From an uncultured Caulobacteraceae bacterium (GTDB lineage: Bacteria; Pseudomonadota; Alphaproteobacteria; Caulobacterales; Caulobacteraceae), in contig CAXTHH010000002.1 of the NCBI GenBank assembly GCA_964244065.1, positions 327,199 through 391,198 on the forward strand: a stretch of 64,000 bases of DNA, written 5' to 3'. This document shows, in pieces, positions 47,691 to 56,443 of the stretch; the stretch's first letter is position 1; each line of letters starts with the position of its first letter. A program made the position numbers and the translations under genes. The notes beneath the pieces are model-generated. The model searched no databases and was not told the origin of the DNA. It saw nothing but the letters and a program-made list of their open reading frames with translations.

Positions 47691-48941
47691 ATGCCGTCCC
47701 TGGACTCGCCCGCGCTGCAGCCGCTCCGGCGGCTCTGGCGCGCGCTGCCCCTGCCCTACGCCGTCCGGCGCGCGGTCACGAGCCGGCTGCACAGGCTGCT
47801 GTTCCCTGTGCCCAGAGCCGACGCGGGCGCCTTCGCGCGCACGCCCGCGAGCAAGATCAGGCCGGGGCCGCTGATCGTGTCGGGCTTCCACGGCATGCAC
47901 ACGGGCATCGGCCGCGGCGGGCGCATGTTCCTGGAGGCCTTCCGCAAGGGCGGCGTGCCGCTGACCGCGCACGACCTCGGGGCCGATCCGCGCGGCCACA
48001 CGCTGGAGGGTGCGGAGCCGGGCGGCGTGTGGCTGACGCTGTGCAATCCGCCCGAGGCCGTGCACTTCATGCACGTGGCGCAGACGCCCGTGTTCCGCGG
48101 CCGCTACCGCATCGGCCTGTGGGCGTGGGAGCTGCCCGAGCTGCCGGACGACTGGAAGGCGGCGCTGCCGCTGTTCCACGAGGTCTGGGGTGGCAGTCCG
48201 TTCGTCACCGAGGCGATCCGTAAGGCGGCCGAGGGCACGGACGTGATCGTCCACTACAGGCCCTACCCTCTGCCCGAGGTGGAGGCGGCGCCCGACCGTG
48301 AGCGTTTCGGCTGGCGCCTGGGCGAGCTCGCCGTGCTGTGCATGTACGACGTGCGCTCCACCGCCGCCCGCAAGAACCCGATGGGCGCGGTGGAGGCCTT
48401 CCAGCGCGCCTTCACCGCCGCCGACGCGGACGCCAGGCTGGTCATCAAGGTCAATGCGCCCGACGCGGAGGCCGGCAAGCCGCCGCCCGAGCTCGCGGCG
48501 CGCATCGCGGGCTGGCCGAACATCACCACCCTGATCGCCGAGCTGTCGGACGCGGACGCGGACGCCCTGCTGGCCAGCGCCGACGTGTTCGTCTCCCTGC
48601 ACCGCTCCGAGGGGTTCGGCCTCTCCATCGCCCAGAGCATGGTGCTGGGCCGCGCGGCCATCGCCACCGCCTACTCGGGCAACGCCGAGTTCCAGGGGGG
48701 GGGCGTGGTGGAGATCCCCTACGCGCTAGTGCCCGCCGTCGATCCCTCCGGCCGCTACGCCATGCCCGGCCAGGTGTGGGCCGAGCCGGACGTGGCCGCC
48801 GCCGCCCAGGCGCTGCGCCGGCTGGCGGACGATCCGGAGGCGTTGCGCGAGCTGGGGGAACGGGGCCGGCGCGTCATCGCCGACCGGCTGCCGACCGCCT
48901 ACTCCGCGTCCGTGTTCGAAGGCCGCGTCGCCGGGGCCTGA
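47691..48941 (+). CDS. glycosyltransferase (GT4/GT-B fold)
   Basis: ORF 47691..48941. It has the EX7E-type region VSLHRSEGFGLSIAQSMVLGRAAIATAYSGNAEF. Its 3' end overlaps the convergent gene by 43 nt. Confidence 0.8.
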   Translation: MPSLDSPALQPLRRLWRALPLPYAVRRAVTSRLHRLLFPVPRADAGAFARTPASKIRPGPLIVSGFHGMHTGIGRGGRMFLEAFRKGGVPLTAHDLGADPRGHTLEGAEPGGVWLTLCNPPEAVHFMHVAQTPVFRGRYRIGLWAWELPELPDDWKAALPLFHEVWGGSPFVTEAIRKAAEGTDVIVHYRPYPLPEVEAAPDRERFGWRLGELAVLCMYDVRSTAARKNPMGAVEAFQRAFTAADADARLVIKVNAPDAEAGKPPPELAARIAGWPNITTLIAELSDADADALLASADVFVSLHRSEGFGLSIAQSMVLGRAAIATAYSGNAEFQGGGVVEIPYALVPAVDPSGRYAMPGQVWAEPDVAAAAQALRRLADDPEALRELGERGRRVIADRLPTAYSASVFEGRVAGA

Positions 48942-50254
48942 CCGGGGGTGAAGACCGGGGCGAGCGTGGCCGCGATCCGCGCCACCGCCGGATCGTCCCG
49001 CTCCAGTCCCAGCGCCGCCAGCCCCCTGCCGAGGCCGCGACTCAGGCGCAGCACCGGCCCGGCGCGGGCGGTGGCGGCCATCAGCGGCTCCAGCACCTCG
49101 AGGTAGGCGTCGAGCGAGAAGCGCGCTTCGGCATAGGCGCGGGCCCGGGCTCCCAGCGCACGACGGGCCGGCTCGTCCTCCGCCAGGCGCTCCAGCGCGG
49201 CGCGCAGGGCGGGGACGGGCACGTCGGCGGGCACCTTCACGGCCGCATCGTCCGGCGTGTCGGCGTAGCAGCCCGCGTCGGCCACCACCGTCGGGCGGCC
49301 GGCCAGCAGCGCCTCCACCAGGGAGGCGGAGGCGCCCTCCAGCACCGGGCGGCGCAGGCAGGTGACCACGTCCGCGGCCTCAAGCGCCACGTTCAGCTCC
49401 GCCTCCTCCGCGGGCCCGTCGATGCGCAGCCCGCGCCAGCCCCCCGCGGCCGCCAGCGCGCGCAGCCGCGAGGCCTCTTCCGGCGCGATGGGCCCGACCA
49501 GCCTGTACTCGGTGCGGGCGCGGAGGGTGGGCGAGCCGGTGATCGCCTCCACCACCCGGTCCACGCACTTGTTGGCGTTCATGACGCCCACGGTGACCAC
49601 CCGCAGGCGGTCGCTGGAGCGTTCCTCCAGCGCCGCGATCGGGCGCGGCTCCATGGGCAGGCCCGCCACGTCCACCGGCCCGGCGCAGGCGCGGAGCAGG
49701 CGCGGTAGGTAGAAGGGGGCGTGGGCGAGGCAGCCGGCGGCCTGGCGCGCGACCCACTCGGTCATGGGCAGGTGCGCGGCCTCGTCCTCCAGCGGCAGCT
49801 CGCCCGCGCGCTGGCGGGCCAGCCAGGGCGCGGCCTCTCTGCCGTACACGGCCGCCACCTCCGCCTCTCGCACGCCAGGCCTCGAGCCGTTCCACCACAG
49901 CCAGCCGTTGAACAGGTTGCCCAGGTAGACGTCGTGCATGATCGCCACGCACGGGGCGTGGCCTAAGAGGGAGAAGATTCCCCCGTGATTGAAGAAGTGG
50001 TCGCCCACGTTGACCACCACCGAGTCGTAGGCGAGCGCGAAGGTGGCGAGGTCGATCTCCGTCCAGTGCCGCACGGGCAGGTCGCTGGCGATCCGGCCGC
50101 CGGCCTTGACCGGCTCGTGGTCGGTGGCGATCAGCTCCACCGCCCGCCCGCGCGCGGCGAGCGCCTCCGCCACGCGCACGCCCATGCGGCCGATGGCCGA
50201 GCCCGCCTTCAGCGGTCCGGCCCAGGCGACGGGTAGCGGCCCGTCGTCGCTCAC
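48899..50254 (-). CDS. glycosyltransferase (GT4/GT-B fold)
   Basis: ORF 48899..50254(-). It has a C-terminal GT-B half (VVTCLRRPVLEGASASLVEALLAGRPTVVADAGCY). Its start overlaps the upstream stop by 4 nt. Confidence 0.75.
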   Translation of the reverse strand: MSDDGPLPVAWAGPLKAGSAIGRMGVRVAEALAARGRAVELIATDHEPVKAGGRIASDLPVRHWTEIDLATFALAYDSVVVNVGDHFFNHGGIFSLLGHAPCVAIMHDVYLGNLFNGWLWWNGSRPGVREAEVAAVYGREAAPWLARQRAGELPLEDEAAHLPMTEWVARQAAGCLAHAPFYLPRLLRACAGPVDVAGLPMEPRPIAALEERSSDRLRVVTVGVMNANKCVDRVVEAITGSPTLRARTEYRLVGPIAPEEASRLRALAAAGGWRGLRIDGPAEEAELNVALEAADVVTCLRRPVLEGASASLVEALLAGRPTVVADAGCYADTPDDAAVKVPADVPVPALRAALERLAEDEPARRALGARARAYAEARFSLDAYLEVLEPLMAATARAGPVLRLSRGLGRGLAALGLERDDPAVARIAATLAPVFTPGQAPATRPSNTDAE

Positions 50255-51684
50255 CGGGGCAGCCTGGATGCGGCGGCCCCGCCCGGGCGGGTGAAGACCA
50301 GGTTCGCGGAGTCGACCTCCGCAAGCGCCGCGGCGTCCGTCGGCGTCGTGCGCCCGTCCGGCTCGCCGATGAGGCGCGGCTCCAGCCCGTGCGCGGCGAA
50401 GGCGCCGAACCAGTCGGCGGGGGCGACACCCACGCGGCGCAGGTGGCTCGGGCCGTACTCGGCCAGGACGGCGATGTCGGCGTTCTCCGCCATGAGCCGC
50501 GCCATGCCGCGCACCACGTCCAGCTCCGCCCCCTCCACGTCGATCTTCACGACGTCGAGGGGCTCGCCGGGCGCGACCACGTCGTCCAGTCGCACCACCT
50601 CGACCTCGAACGCGCGCTCGGCCCCGCGCTCCTCCTCGGGCAGGGCGTAGAGCGAGCTGTGGCCGATCACCGGGCTCTCGTGGAAGGTGAGGCGCCCCGC
50701 CTCCGCGCCCACGGCGGCGTCCGACAGGATCACCTGCGTGAAGCCGTTCAGGTGCAGCGTCTTGGCCAGCTGACGCCGGGCGCGCCCCTCGGGCTCGAAC
50801 GCACGCACGCGGCCGCCGGGGCCGACCGCCGTCGCCATGGCCAGGGTCAGCAGGCCCACGTTGGCGCCCACGTCCGCCGCGCGCATGCCGGGCCGCAGCA
50901 GCGCCTTGAGCACCTGGCGGACGCCGGGCTCCAGCCCGCCGGAGCCGGCGTTGGCCACCATGGTCGTGAACACGGGCTCGGAGCGCGGGACCATGAGGTA
51001 GCCGTCCGCCACCCGCACCGCCCAGCTCTCCGCGTCGAAGGGCACGAGGGGCCGCACCTTGATGTCGAGCTCGTTGAAGCGCGGGCCGAGCACGCCGATC
51101 GCGACGTCCAGCTGCTCCACCGCCCGCGCGCCGAGGCGGCTGTTGCGGTCGCCGATGGTGAGAAGGTCGGCCCCGATGTTCTGCAGCGAGACGACGCCCC
51201 GGCCCAAGCCGCCGAGCCCTCGCTCCAAGTCGTCCAGGCGCAGGGAGGTGCTCCGGCTCTCGACGACGAGCTCGGCGAGCCGGCTGTTCATCGCCTCCAG
51301 CGCGCCGACCCGCGCCTGGATCTCCGAGGTGCGGGACGCCTGCAGCTGCAGCTGGTGCGTGAGGGAGGCGGTCAGGTAGGCCCGGGCGTACTCGGCGGGG
51401 CGGCGCAGCCAGCCGGCGATCCGGCCGCGCAGCCCGCGGCGGCGCTCCGGCCGCGGGGGCGCGGGCGAGACAGGCGACGAGGCGACGGGAGAGGCCGCCC
51501 CCAGGGGGGTCGACCCGGCCGGAGCCGCGTCCGACGCGGGCTGAAGAGCCTCGTGGGGAATGGTGTCGGCTATGCCGACGGCCAGGCGCACGCCCTGCAC
51601 TCGTGTCTCCGCGTCGCCGCCGCCCGGGCGGTCCGCGGGCTTAGCCGACGCCGTGGTAGGCGTGAAGGTCGGTCGCCAACCCAA
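50251..51684 (-). CDS. FkbM-family SAM-dependent methyltransferase with long N-terminal helical (coiled-coil-like) extension
   Basis: ORF 50251..51684(-). The C-terminal half has AADVGANVGLLTL...VRAFEP...VVKIDVEGAELDVVRG, the FkbM signature. The N-terminal roughly 200 aa are Pro-rich and then heptad-like (LQLQASRTSEIQARVGALEAMNSRLAEL). The start (TTG 51684, overlapping the upstream gene by 44 nt) is uncertain. Confidence 0.78.
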   Translation of the reverse strand: MGWRPTFTPTTASAKPADRPGGGDAETRVQGVRLAVGIADTIPHEALQPASDAAPAGSTPLGAASPVASSPVSPAPPRPERRRGLRGRIAGWLRRPAEYARAYLTASLTHQLQLQASRTSEIQARVGALEAMNSRLAELVVESRSTSLRLDDLERGLGGLGRGVVSLQNIGADLLTIGDRNSRLGARAVEQLDVAIGVLGPRFNELDIKVRPLVPFDAESWAVRVADGYLMVPRSEPVFTTMVANAGSGGLEPGVRQVLKALLRPGMRAADVGANVGLLTLAMATAVGPGGRVRAFEPEGRARRQLAKTLHLNGFTQVILSDAAVGAEAGRLTFHESPVIGHSSLYALPEEERGAERAFEVEVVRLDDVVAPGEPLDVVKIDVEGAELDVVRGMARLMAENADIAVLAEYGPSHLRRVGVAPADWFGAFAAHGLEPRLIGEPDGRTTPTDAAALAEVDSANLVFTRPGGAAASRLPR

Positions 51685-53272
51685 CGATGCTGACCGAGCT
51701 GCCGTCGCCCAGCTTCCAGGTGATGCTGTCCAGGGTCTCGCCGGGCTTGAGCACCTCGATGATGTGCGGGTCGTAGAACACCACCTCGTGGTCGCTCACC
51801 ACCACCGCGGCCCTCGCCACCTTGGTCACGAAGTCCAGGATGTAGGCGTCGATCTTGGGGTCGTGGTAGTCGAGCATGACCGGCGGGGGGGGCGCGAACG
51901 CCTTCGGCGGCTCGACCGGCGCGGGCGCAGGCGTCGCCAGCGCCACCTGCGTGCCCCCCGCGCCGGGCGCGGCGGCCTGGACAGGGTCGCCGGTTCTCGG
52001 ATCGACATAGGCGGGCGGCGACGCCGTCCAGGCATGCTCGACGGGCTGGCCCGGGTCGGGGGAGGCGTGGCCGCCGTCGTGCGCGGGATCCGCGGGTGAC
52101 GGCGGCAGCGCGGGCGGCGCCGCGACCGCTGCGGGCGACAAGGTGGGCGGAGCGGCGACCTCCACGATCTCGCCATGCAGCAGCAGCGAGCCCAGGATCG
52201 CGGGCAGCGTCTCCACGTGCACCACGCGCGAGGCGTCGATCTTGGCGAAGGCGCCGTCCGCGATGGCCAGCGCCACGGCGGCGATCTGCGGCAGCGGGCC
52301 CTCGGCGAGGGTGACCAGCAGCAACGGTCGGGGCGGGGCGGGCTCGGGCGCGGCGAGGGCCGACGGGGCCGGCGAGACGACCGGGGGCGCGGCCAGGGCG
52401 GGATGCGCGCCGTCCATCACGGCGGCGGGCGCGGGAGCCTCCGACGCGAGGGCGGCGGCGGCGATCTTCAGGCGCGCGAGGTCGGTGAACGCGGCCACCA
52501 CGGTCAGCGCGGCCCGGGTCTCGGCGCCGGACAGCGTGGACAGGGTGGTGGAGGCGCGACCGCCCACGGCGGAGATCGACTCCGGCGCGGGCGCGGCGTG
52601 GGCCATGAAGCTCTGCAGGGCTGAGGGGGCGCTCTGCGGCGTCGCCGTGGACGCGGCCTCGGCCGTGACCTGGCGCAGGCCGATGGCCACGCCGGTGAGG
52701 ATGGCGGCCACCTCGGCCGGATCCAGCGCCACGGTGCGGCCGAGCTCGCCGAACGTCGAGATCGGTGCGGCGCCCACGTTGAACACCGGGCCGCGACGGC
52801 CCTCGGCCTTGGCGGGCGCGGCGGCCGCCCCGTCGTGTCCGGGCGCCTCCGCCGCCTTGGCGTGGCCGCTCTGGAAGAAGGCGGCGCCCACCAGCGCGAT
52901 CAGGAGCGCGGCCGGGTGCAGGTGCACGTTGCCTTGCGGACGGCGGACGGCCGAAAGGGGGTGTTGGCCGATCAGGTCGCGGACCAGGGCGCCGAAGTCG
53001 CGGCCGCGGGCGGGCGCACCCAGGGCCGCGCCGTCCACCACGTACTGTCCGTCCACCCGGGCGAAGTGGATGAACACCTCCCCGGTGTCCTGCCGGCAGA
53101 AGCAGAACCAGGGATCGCCCTCGTCGCTCAGCCCGCGCTCGCTCTCCAGCGCCAGGCCGGCCTGCAGCAGCGCACTCTCGACGCGGTAGAACTCCGCCAT
53201 CTCCTGCGCCGACCAGTCCCGCACGGGCGGGGGCCGCAGCCGTTGGGCGAGGGAGATGACTTGGGCCGCCAT
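51641..53272 (-). CDS. hypothetical 543-aa protein: N-terminal soluble domain, one membrane-spanning helix, long Ala/Pro-rich region, small C-terminal domain
   Basis: Inner ATG of ORF 51641..53671(-), starting MAAQVISLAQRLRPPPVRDWSAQEMAEFYRVESALLQAGL. The membrane-spanning candidate is HPAALLIALVGAAFFQ. The C-terminus reads VMLDYHDPKIDAYILDFVTKV...SITWKLGDGSSVSIVGL. I recognise no family. Confidence 0.6.
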   Translation of the reverse strand: MAAQVISLAQRLRPPPVRDWSAQEMAEFYRVESALLQAGLALESERGLSDEGDPWFCFCRQDTGEVFIHFARVDGQYVVDGAALGAPARGRDFGALVRDLIGQHPLSAVRRPQGNVHLHPAALLIALVGAAFFQSGHAKAAEAPGHDGAAAAPAKAEGRRGPVFNVGAAPISTFGELGRTVALDPAEVAAILTGVAIGLRQVTAEAASTATPQSAPSALQSFMAHAAPAPESISAVGGRASTTLSTLSGAETRAALTVVAAFTDLARLKIAAAALASEAPAPAAVMDGAHPALAAPPVVSPAPSALAAPEPAPPRPLLLVTLAEGPLPQIAAVALAIADGAFAKIDASRVVHVETLPAILGSLLLHGEIVEVAAPPTLSPAAVAAPPALPPSPADPAHDGGHASPDPGQPVEHAWTASPPAYVDPRTGDPVQAAAPGAGGTQVALATPAPAPVEPPKAFAPPPPVMLDYHDPKIDAYILDFVTKVARAAVVVSDHEVVFYDPHIIEVLKPGETLDSITWKLGDGSSVSIVGLATDLHAYHGVG

Positions 53273-53319
53273 GTGGGGAAGCGAAGGCTCCGTTCGAGGG
53301 GCGGGAGGCTGGAGACCAG

Positions 53320-53616
53320 CTAGTCGGCGAACAGCACCGCGTAGGTGATCGGATCGTAGTAGCGCATTAGACCCTTGACGAAAACCTTGGGGTCCACCTC
53401 CAGGGCCTGCGCCCAATCGACATACCGGTCCGGCGGGATGCGCCCGCGCCCGGTCTCCAGCTGCGAGATGAAGGTGTAGTAGTCGGCGCCCACCTTGGCC
53501 GCGAGCTGCCGCTGCGAGAGACCCGACCCCTCGCGCAGCTCCTTGAGCCAGCGGCCGCCTTCCTTTCGGAGGTCCTGGACGTCCGCGGCCGAGCGCCGCT
53601 GGGGGTTGCCGTACAT
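53320..53616 (-). CDS. XRE-family helix-turn-helix transcriptional regulator
   Basis: Inner ATG of ORF 53320..53655(-). It reads LKELREGSGLSQRQLAAKVGADYYTFISQLETGRGRIP, an HTH_3-like motif. Confidence 0.8.
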   Translation of the reverse strand: MYGNPQRRSAADVQDLRKEGGRWLKELREGSGLSQRQLAAKVGADYYTFISQLETGRGRIPPDRYVDWAQALEVDPKVFVKGLMRYYDPITYAVLFAD

Positions 53617-53729
53617 TGTCAAACTTTCCGGGGCGCGCGGACACGCCGGGTTCACCGGAAGGTAACGACACCAGTGGAGCGGTTCAAGACCTGCTCGTTA
53701 TGAATTTGCTGCACCCCTGAGGCGAGTCA

Positions 53730-55346
53730 TCACGGCCGGGACGACGGAGCCGAAACGGTGGGGGGCGTGCGCGGGTCGGGCGGCGTCGCCCGCGTGACGC
53801 CGGGCGGGGGCGGCGCCTTGTTCAGCGTGGACAGGATGGAGGTGAGCGGCGCATCCGGCGCGGGCGAGGGCGGCAGCTCGGCCCCGCCCGGGTGCGCGAT
53901 GGCGATGGAGGCGGGCCGCTGCGGCCCGATGGAGGGGGCCAGGAAGCCGTCCAGGATGCGCGCGGGCGCCTCCAGCGGCGTCGCGCCGATGTTGCGCACC
54001 TTCTTCAGGTTGGCGGCGGTGTCGTAGCGGGGCGTGTCGGGGGCGAAGAGGCGCGCGTCGAGCACCCCGATGCTGGCCAGCACCTGGGCGCGGCCGGCGT
54101 ACTCCTGCGCGCGGGTGCGCACGAGGTTCTGCTGGGCGTTGGTCAGCTCCAGTTGCGCGTTCAGCACCTCGATGGTGGAGCGCAGGGCGAAGCGCTCCTC
54201 CTGCCGCACGCCGTAGAAGGCGAACTCGTCCGCGCGCACCTCGTCCTGGAAGGTGGTCACCTGCTTGCGCGAGGCGGCCAGCTGCTCCCAGGAGGCGGCG
54301 ACCTGCTGGGTGACCTGCAGGCGCGTCTCGTCGATGGACAGGCGGTCGCGGTTGTTCTCCTCGGTGGTCTGGCGGATGCCCGAGGAGATCTGGCCGCTGG
54401 TGAAGATGGGCTGCGAGAAGGTGAGCGAGCCCACCTGCGTGTTGTTAACGCCGAAACGCTGGTCGAAGATCTGGTATGGCGAGCGCTGGAAGTCCAGGCG
54501 GGCGCTCACGGTGGGCAGGCGCGCGGCGCGCGCCTCCGCGATGCGGGCGCGGGAGAGCTGCTCGGTGTAGACGGCCGCCAGGAGCTGCGGATTGTTCGCC
54601 TCGGCCGCCTCGAACGCCTTGTCGATGGTGGCGGGCAGGCTCTCCAGCGGCGGCGGCGGCTGCAGGTCGACGGGGTTCTGGCCGACCGACGCCAGGTACT
54701 GCGCCCGGCTCACCGCCAGCTGGCCCTGGATTGTGGCCAGGGTGGAGCGGCTCTGGGCCAGGCGCGCCTGGCTCTGCGCCACGTCGGTGGCCGTCAGCTG
54801 GCGCACCTTGAACTTGGCCTCGGTGTCGGAGACCTGACGCTCCAGCACCTGGATGGTGTCCTGGGTGATGCGGAGCAGCTGCTCGTCGCGGCGCACGTTC
54901 ACGTAGGCGTTCACCACCCGCAGCAAGAGGTCGAGCTCCACGCGGCGAAGGTTCTCGCGGGCCGCACGGATCCCCGCCTCCGCCTGGCTCACCCGCGCCC
55001 TGACCCGGCCGCCCGTGTAGATCGGCTGCGAGAGCGAGACGCCCTGGCTGTCCGTGACGGTGTTCGAGGACGGCACCACGGGATTGCCGAGCGCATCCCG
55101 CCCGCTGTTCGTCAGGCTGTAGTTGGTGAAGCCGGCCTGCGCGTTGATCTGCAGGCCGTACCCCGAGCGCGCCTGCACGTAGGACTCGTCCTGGGCCCGC
55201 AGGGCGGCGCGCTGGGCCTGCAGGCCGGGGTTGGTCTGGTAGGCGTAGGCGACCGCGTCGCCCAGCGTGGTGGCGCGCGCCGGCGCGGCGACGGCGAGCG
55301 TCGCCAGCGCGGCCGCGCCGAGGAGCCGGGATCGGGTGGACGTCAT
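53730..55346 (-). CDS. TolC-family type I secretion outer-membrane protein
   Basis: ORF 53730..55346(-). It has a signal peptide followed by TLGDAVAYAYQTNPGLQAQRAALRAQDESYVQARSGY. The two OEP repeats are present, and a Pro-rich C-terminal tail follows. Confidence 0.9.
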   Translation of the reverse strand: MTSTRSRLLGAAALATLAVAAPARATTLGDAVAYAYQTNPGLQAQRAALRAQDESYVQARSGYGLQINAQAGFTNYSLTNSGRDALGNPVVPSSNTVTDSQGVSLSQPIYTGGRVRARVSQAEAGIRAARENLRRVELDLLLRVVNAYVNVRRDEQLLRITQDTIQVLERQVSDTEAKFKVRQLTATDVAQSQARLAQSRSTLATIQGQLAVSRAQYLASVGQNPVDLQPPPPLESLPATIDKAFEAAEANNPQLLAAVYTEQLSRARIAEARAARLPTVSARLDFQRSPYQIFDQRFGVNNTQVGSLTFSQPIFTSGQISSGIRQTTEENNRDRLSIDETRLQVTQQVAASWEQLAASRKQVTTFQDEVRADEFAFYGVRQEERFALRSTIEVLNAQLELTNAQQNLVRTRAQEYAGRAQVLASIGVLDARLFAPDTPRYDTAANLKKVRNIGATPLEAPARILDGFLAPSIGPQRPASIAIAHPGGAELPPSPAPDAPLTSILSTLNKAPPPPGVTRATPPDPRTPPTVSAPSSRP

Positions 55347-55408
55347 CGACGGGGCCTATGCCGGGGAACGGGGGCGACGGAAAGGCGGAGGGATGTCACG
55401 CACGATGC

Positions 55409-56443
55409 TCACGCCAGCAGCCGCTCGAGCGTGGCGGACCAAGTGAGGCCGCGCCCGGCCCACGCCGCCTTCGCGGCGCGGCCCAGCGCGGCAGTGCGCG
55501 CGGGGTCGGCCAGCAGGCGGTCCAGCGCCTCGCCGAGTCGGGCGGGCTCGGGCGCGACCACCTCGCCGGTGGCCTCGCCGACCATCTCCAGGAGGCCGCC
55601 GGAGTCGGTGGTGGTCAGCACCGCCTTGCCGGCGGCGAAGGCCTCCATGGTGACATAGCCCAGGCTGTCCTCGTCGAAGGGCAGGTAGGCGCAGGCGGCC
55701 GCGCCGTTGGCCCAGGCGGCGACGGCCTCGCGGGGGTGGAAGCCGAAGCGAAGCTGCACGCGGTCGGCGAGGTCGTGTTCCGCCACGAGGGCGCGCAGGC
55801 GGTCGGCGTAGGCCTCGCTCTCCGGCGGGCCGGCGATCAGCAGCCGGCCGGGCGCGCGCACGTGCGCCATCGCCTCCACCAGCAGGTGCTGGCGCTTGCC
55901 GGGCGACACGCGGCCGCCCGCGAAGACATAGCCGCCGGCCTCGCCGCCCGTGAACAGGGCCGCATCGTTGAGCGGCGGGTAGAGCACCTCGCCCTTCACG
56001 CCGGAGTAGCGTTGCAGGCGGTCGCGGGTGACGGGGGAATTGCAGTAGATGCGCCGCGTGCCAGCGAAGGCGAGGTCGTCCGCCTTCCGGATCGCCTGCT
56101 TCACCACGGCCTCGCGCCCCTCGTCGCCGAGCCCCTGGCCGGCGTCGCCCAGGTCGTAGGCCTGCCGGAACTGGTGCAGCAGCCATAGCGTCTTGTGTGC
56201 GTGCGGCACCAGGTAGGCGGGGAACTTCAGCGCGATCACCCGGTCCACGTTCACGAGGCGCAGGCCCTGGTGGATCAGCACCTCCTCGACCAGCCGCTCG
56301 GTGGGGCTCCAGGCGAACGGCAGGCGCATGAGCTCGCTCTGCACGCCGGACAGGCCGTTCAGCTCGCGGACCAGGTTGTCGGCCAGCTCCTCCGCCCCGC
56401 CGCGGATGAACGGGGCGGCGTTGTTGACCACCAGCACCTTCAT
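55409..56443 (-). CDS. glycosyltransferase GT4 (paralog 1)
   Basis: Inner ATG of ORF 55409..56770(-), starting MKVLVVNNAAPFIRGGAEELA. It shares the KRQHLLVEAMAHV and LTTTDSGGLLEMV motifs with the upstream paralog. Confidence 0.82.
   Translation of the reverse strand: MKVLVVNNAAPFIRGGAEELADNLVRELNGLSGVQSELMRLPFAWSPTERLVEEVLIHQGLRLVNVDRVIALKFPAYLVPHAHKTLWLLHQFRQAYDLGDAGQGLGDEGREAVVKQAIRKADDLAFAGTRRIYCNSPVTRDRLQRYSGVKGEVLYPPLNDAALFTGGEAGGYVFAGGRVSPGKRQHLLVEAMAHVRAPGRLLIAGPPESEAYADRLRALVAEHDLADRVQLRFGFHPREAVAAWANGAAACAYLPFDEDSLGYVTMEAFAAGKAVLTTTDSGGLLEMVGEATGEVVAPEPARLGEALDRLLADPARTAALGRAAKAAWAGRGLTWSATLERLLA

Noticed and set aside
48899-48941. A 43-nt overlap of the 3' ends of the convergent glycosyltransferase genes.
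   Set aside because: It probably reflects ordinary convergent overlap, or a slightly over-extended C-terminus in GC-rich DNA. There is no evidence of regulatory significance from sequence alone.
51641-53272. Possibility that the 543-aa Ala/Pro-rich protein is the cargo of the type I secretion system.
   Set aside because: It has no GGxGxD nonapeptide repeats or acidic C-terminal secretion-signal features that I can see. It contains an internal hydrophobic helix suggesting membrane anchoring. It also lies in a separate transcription unit behind an XRE regulator.
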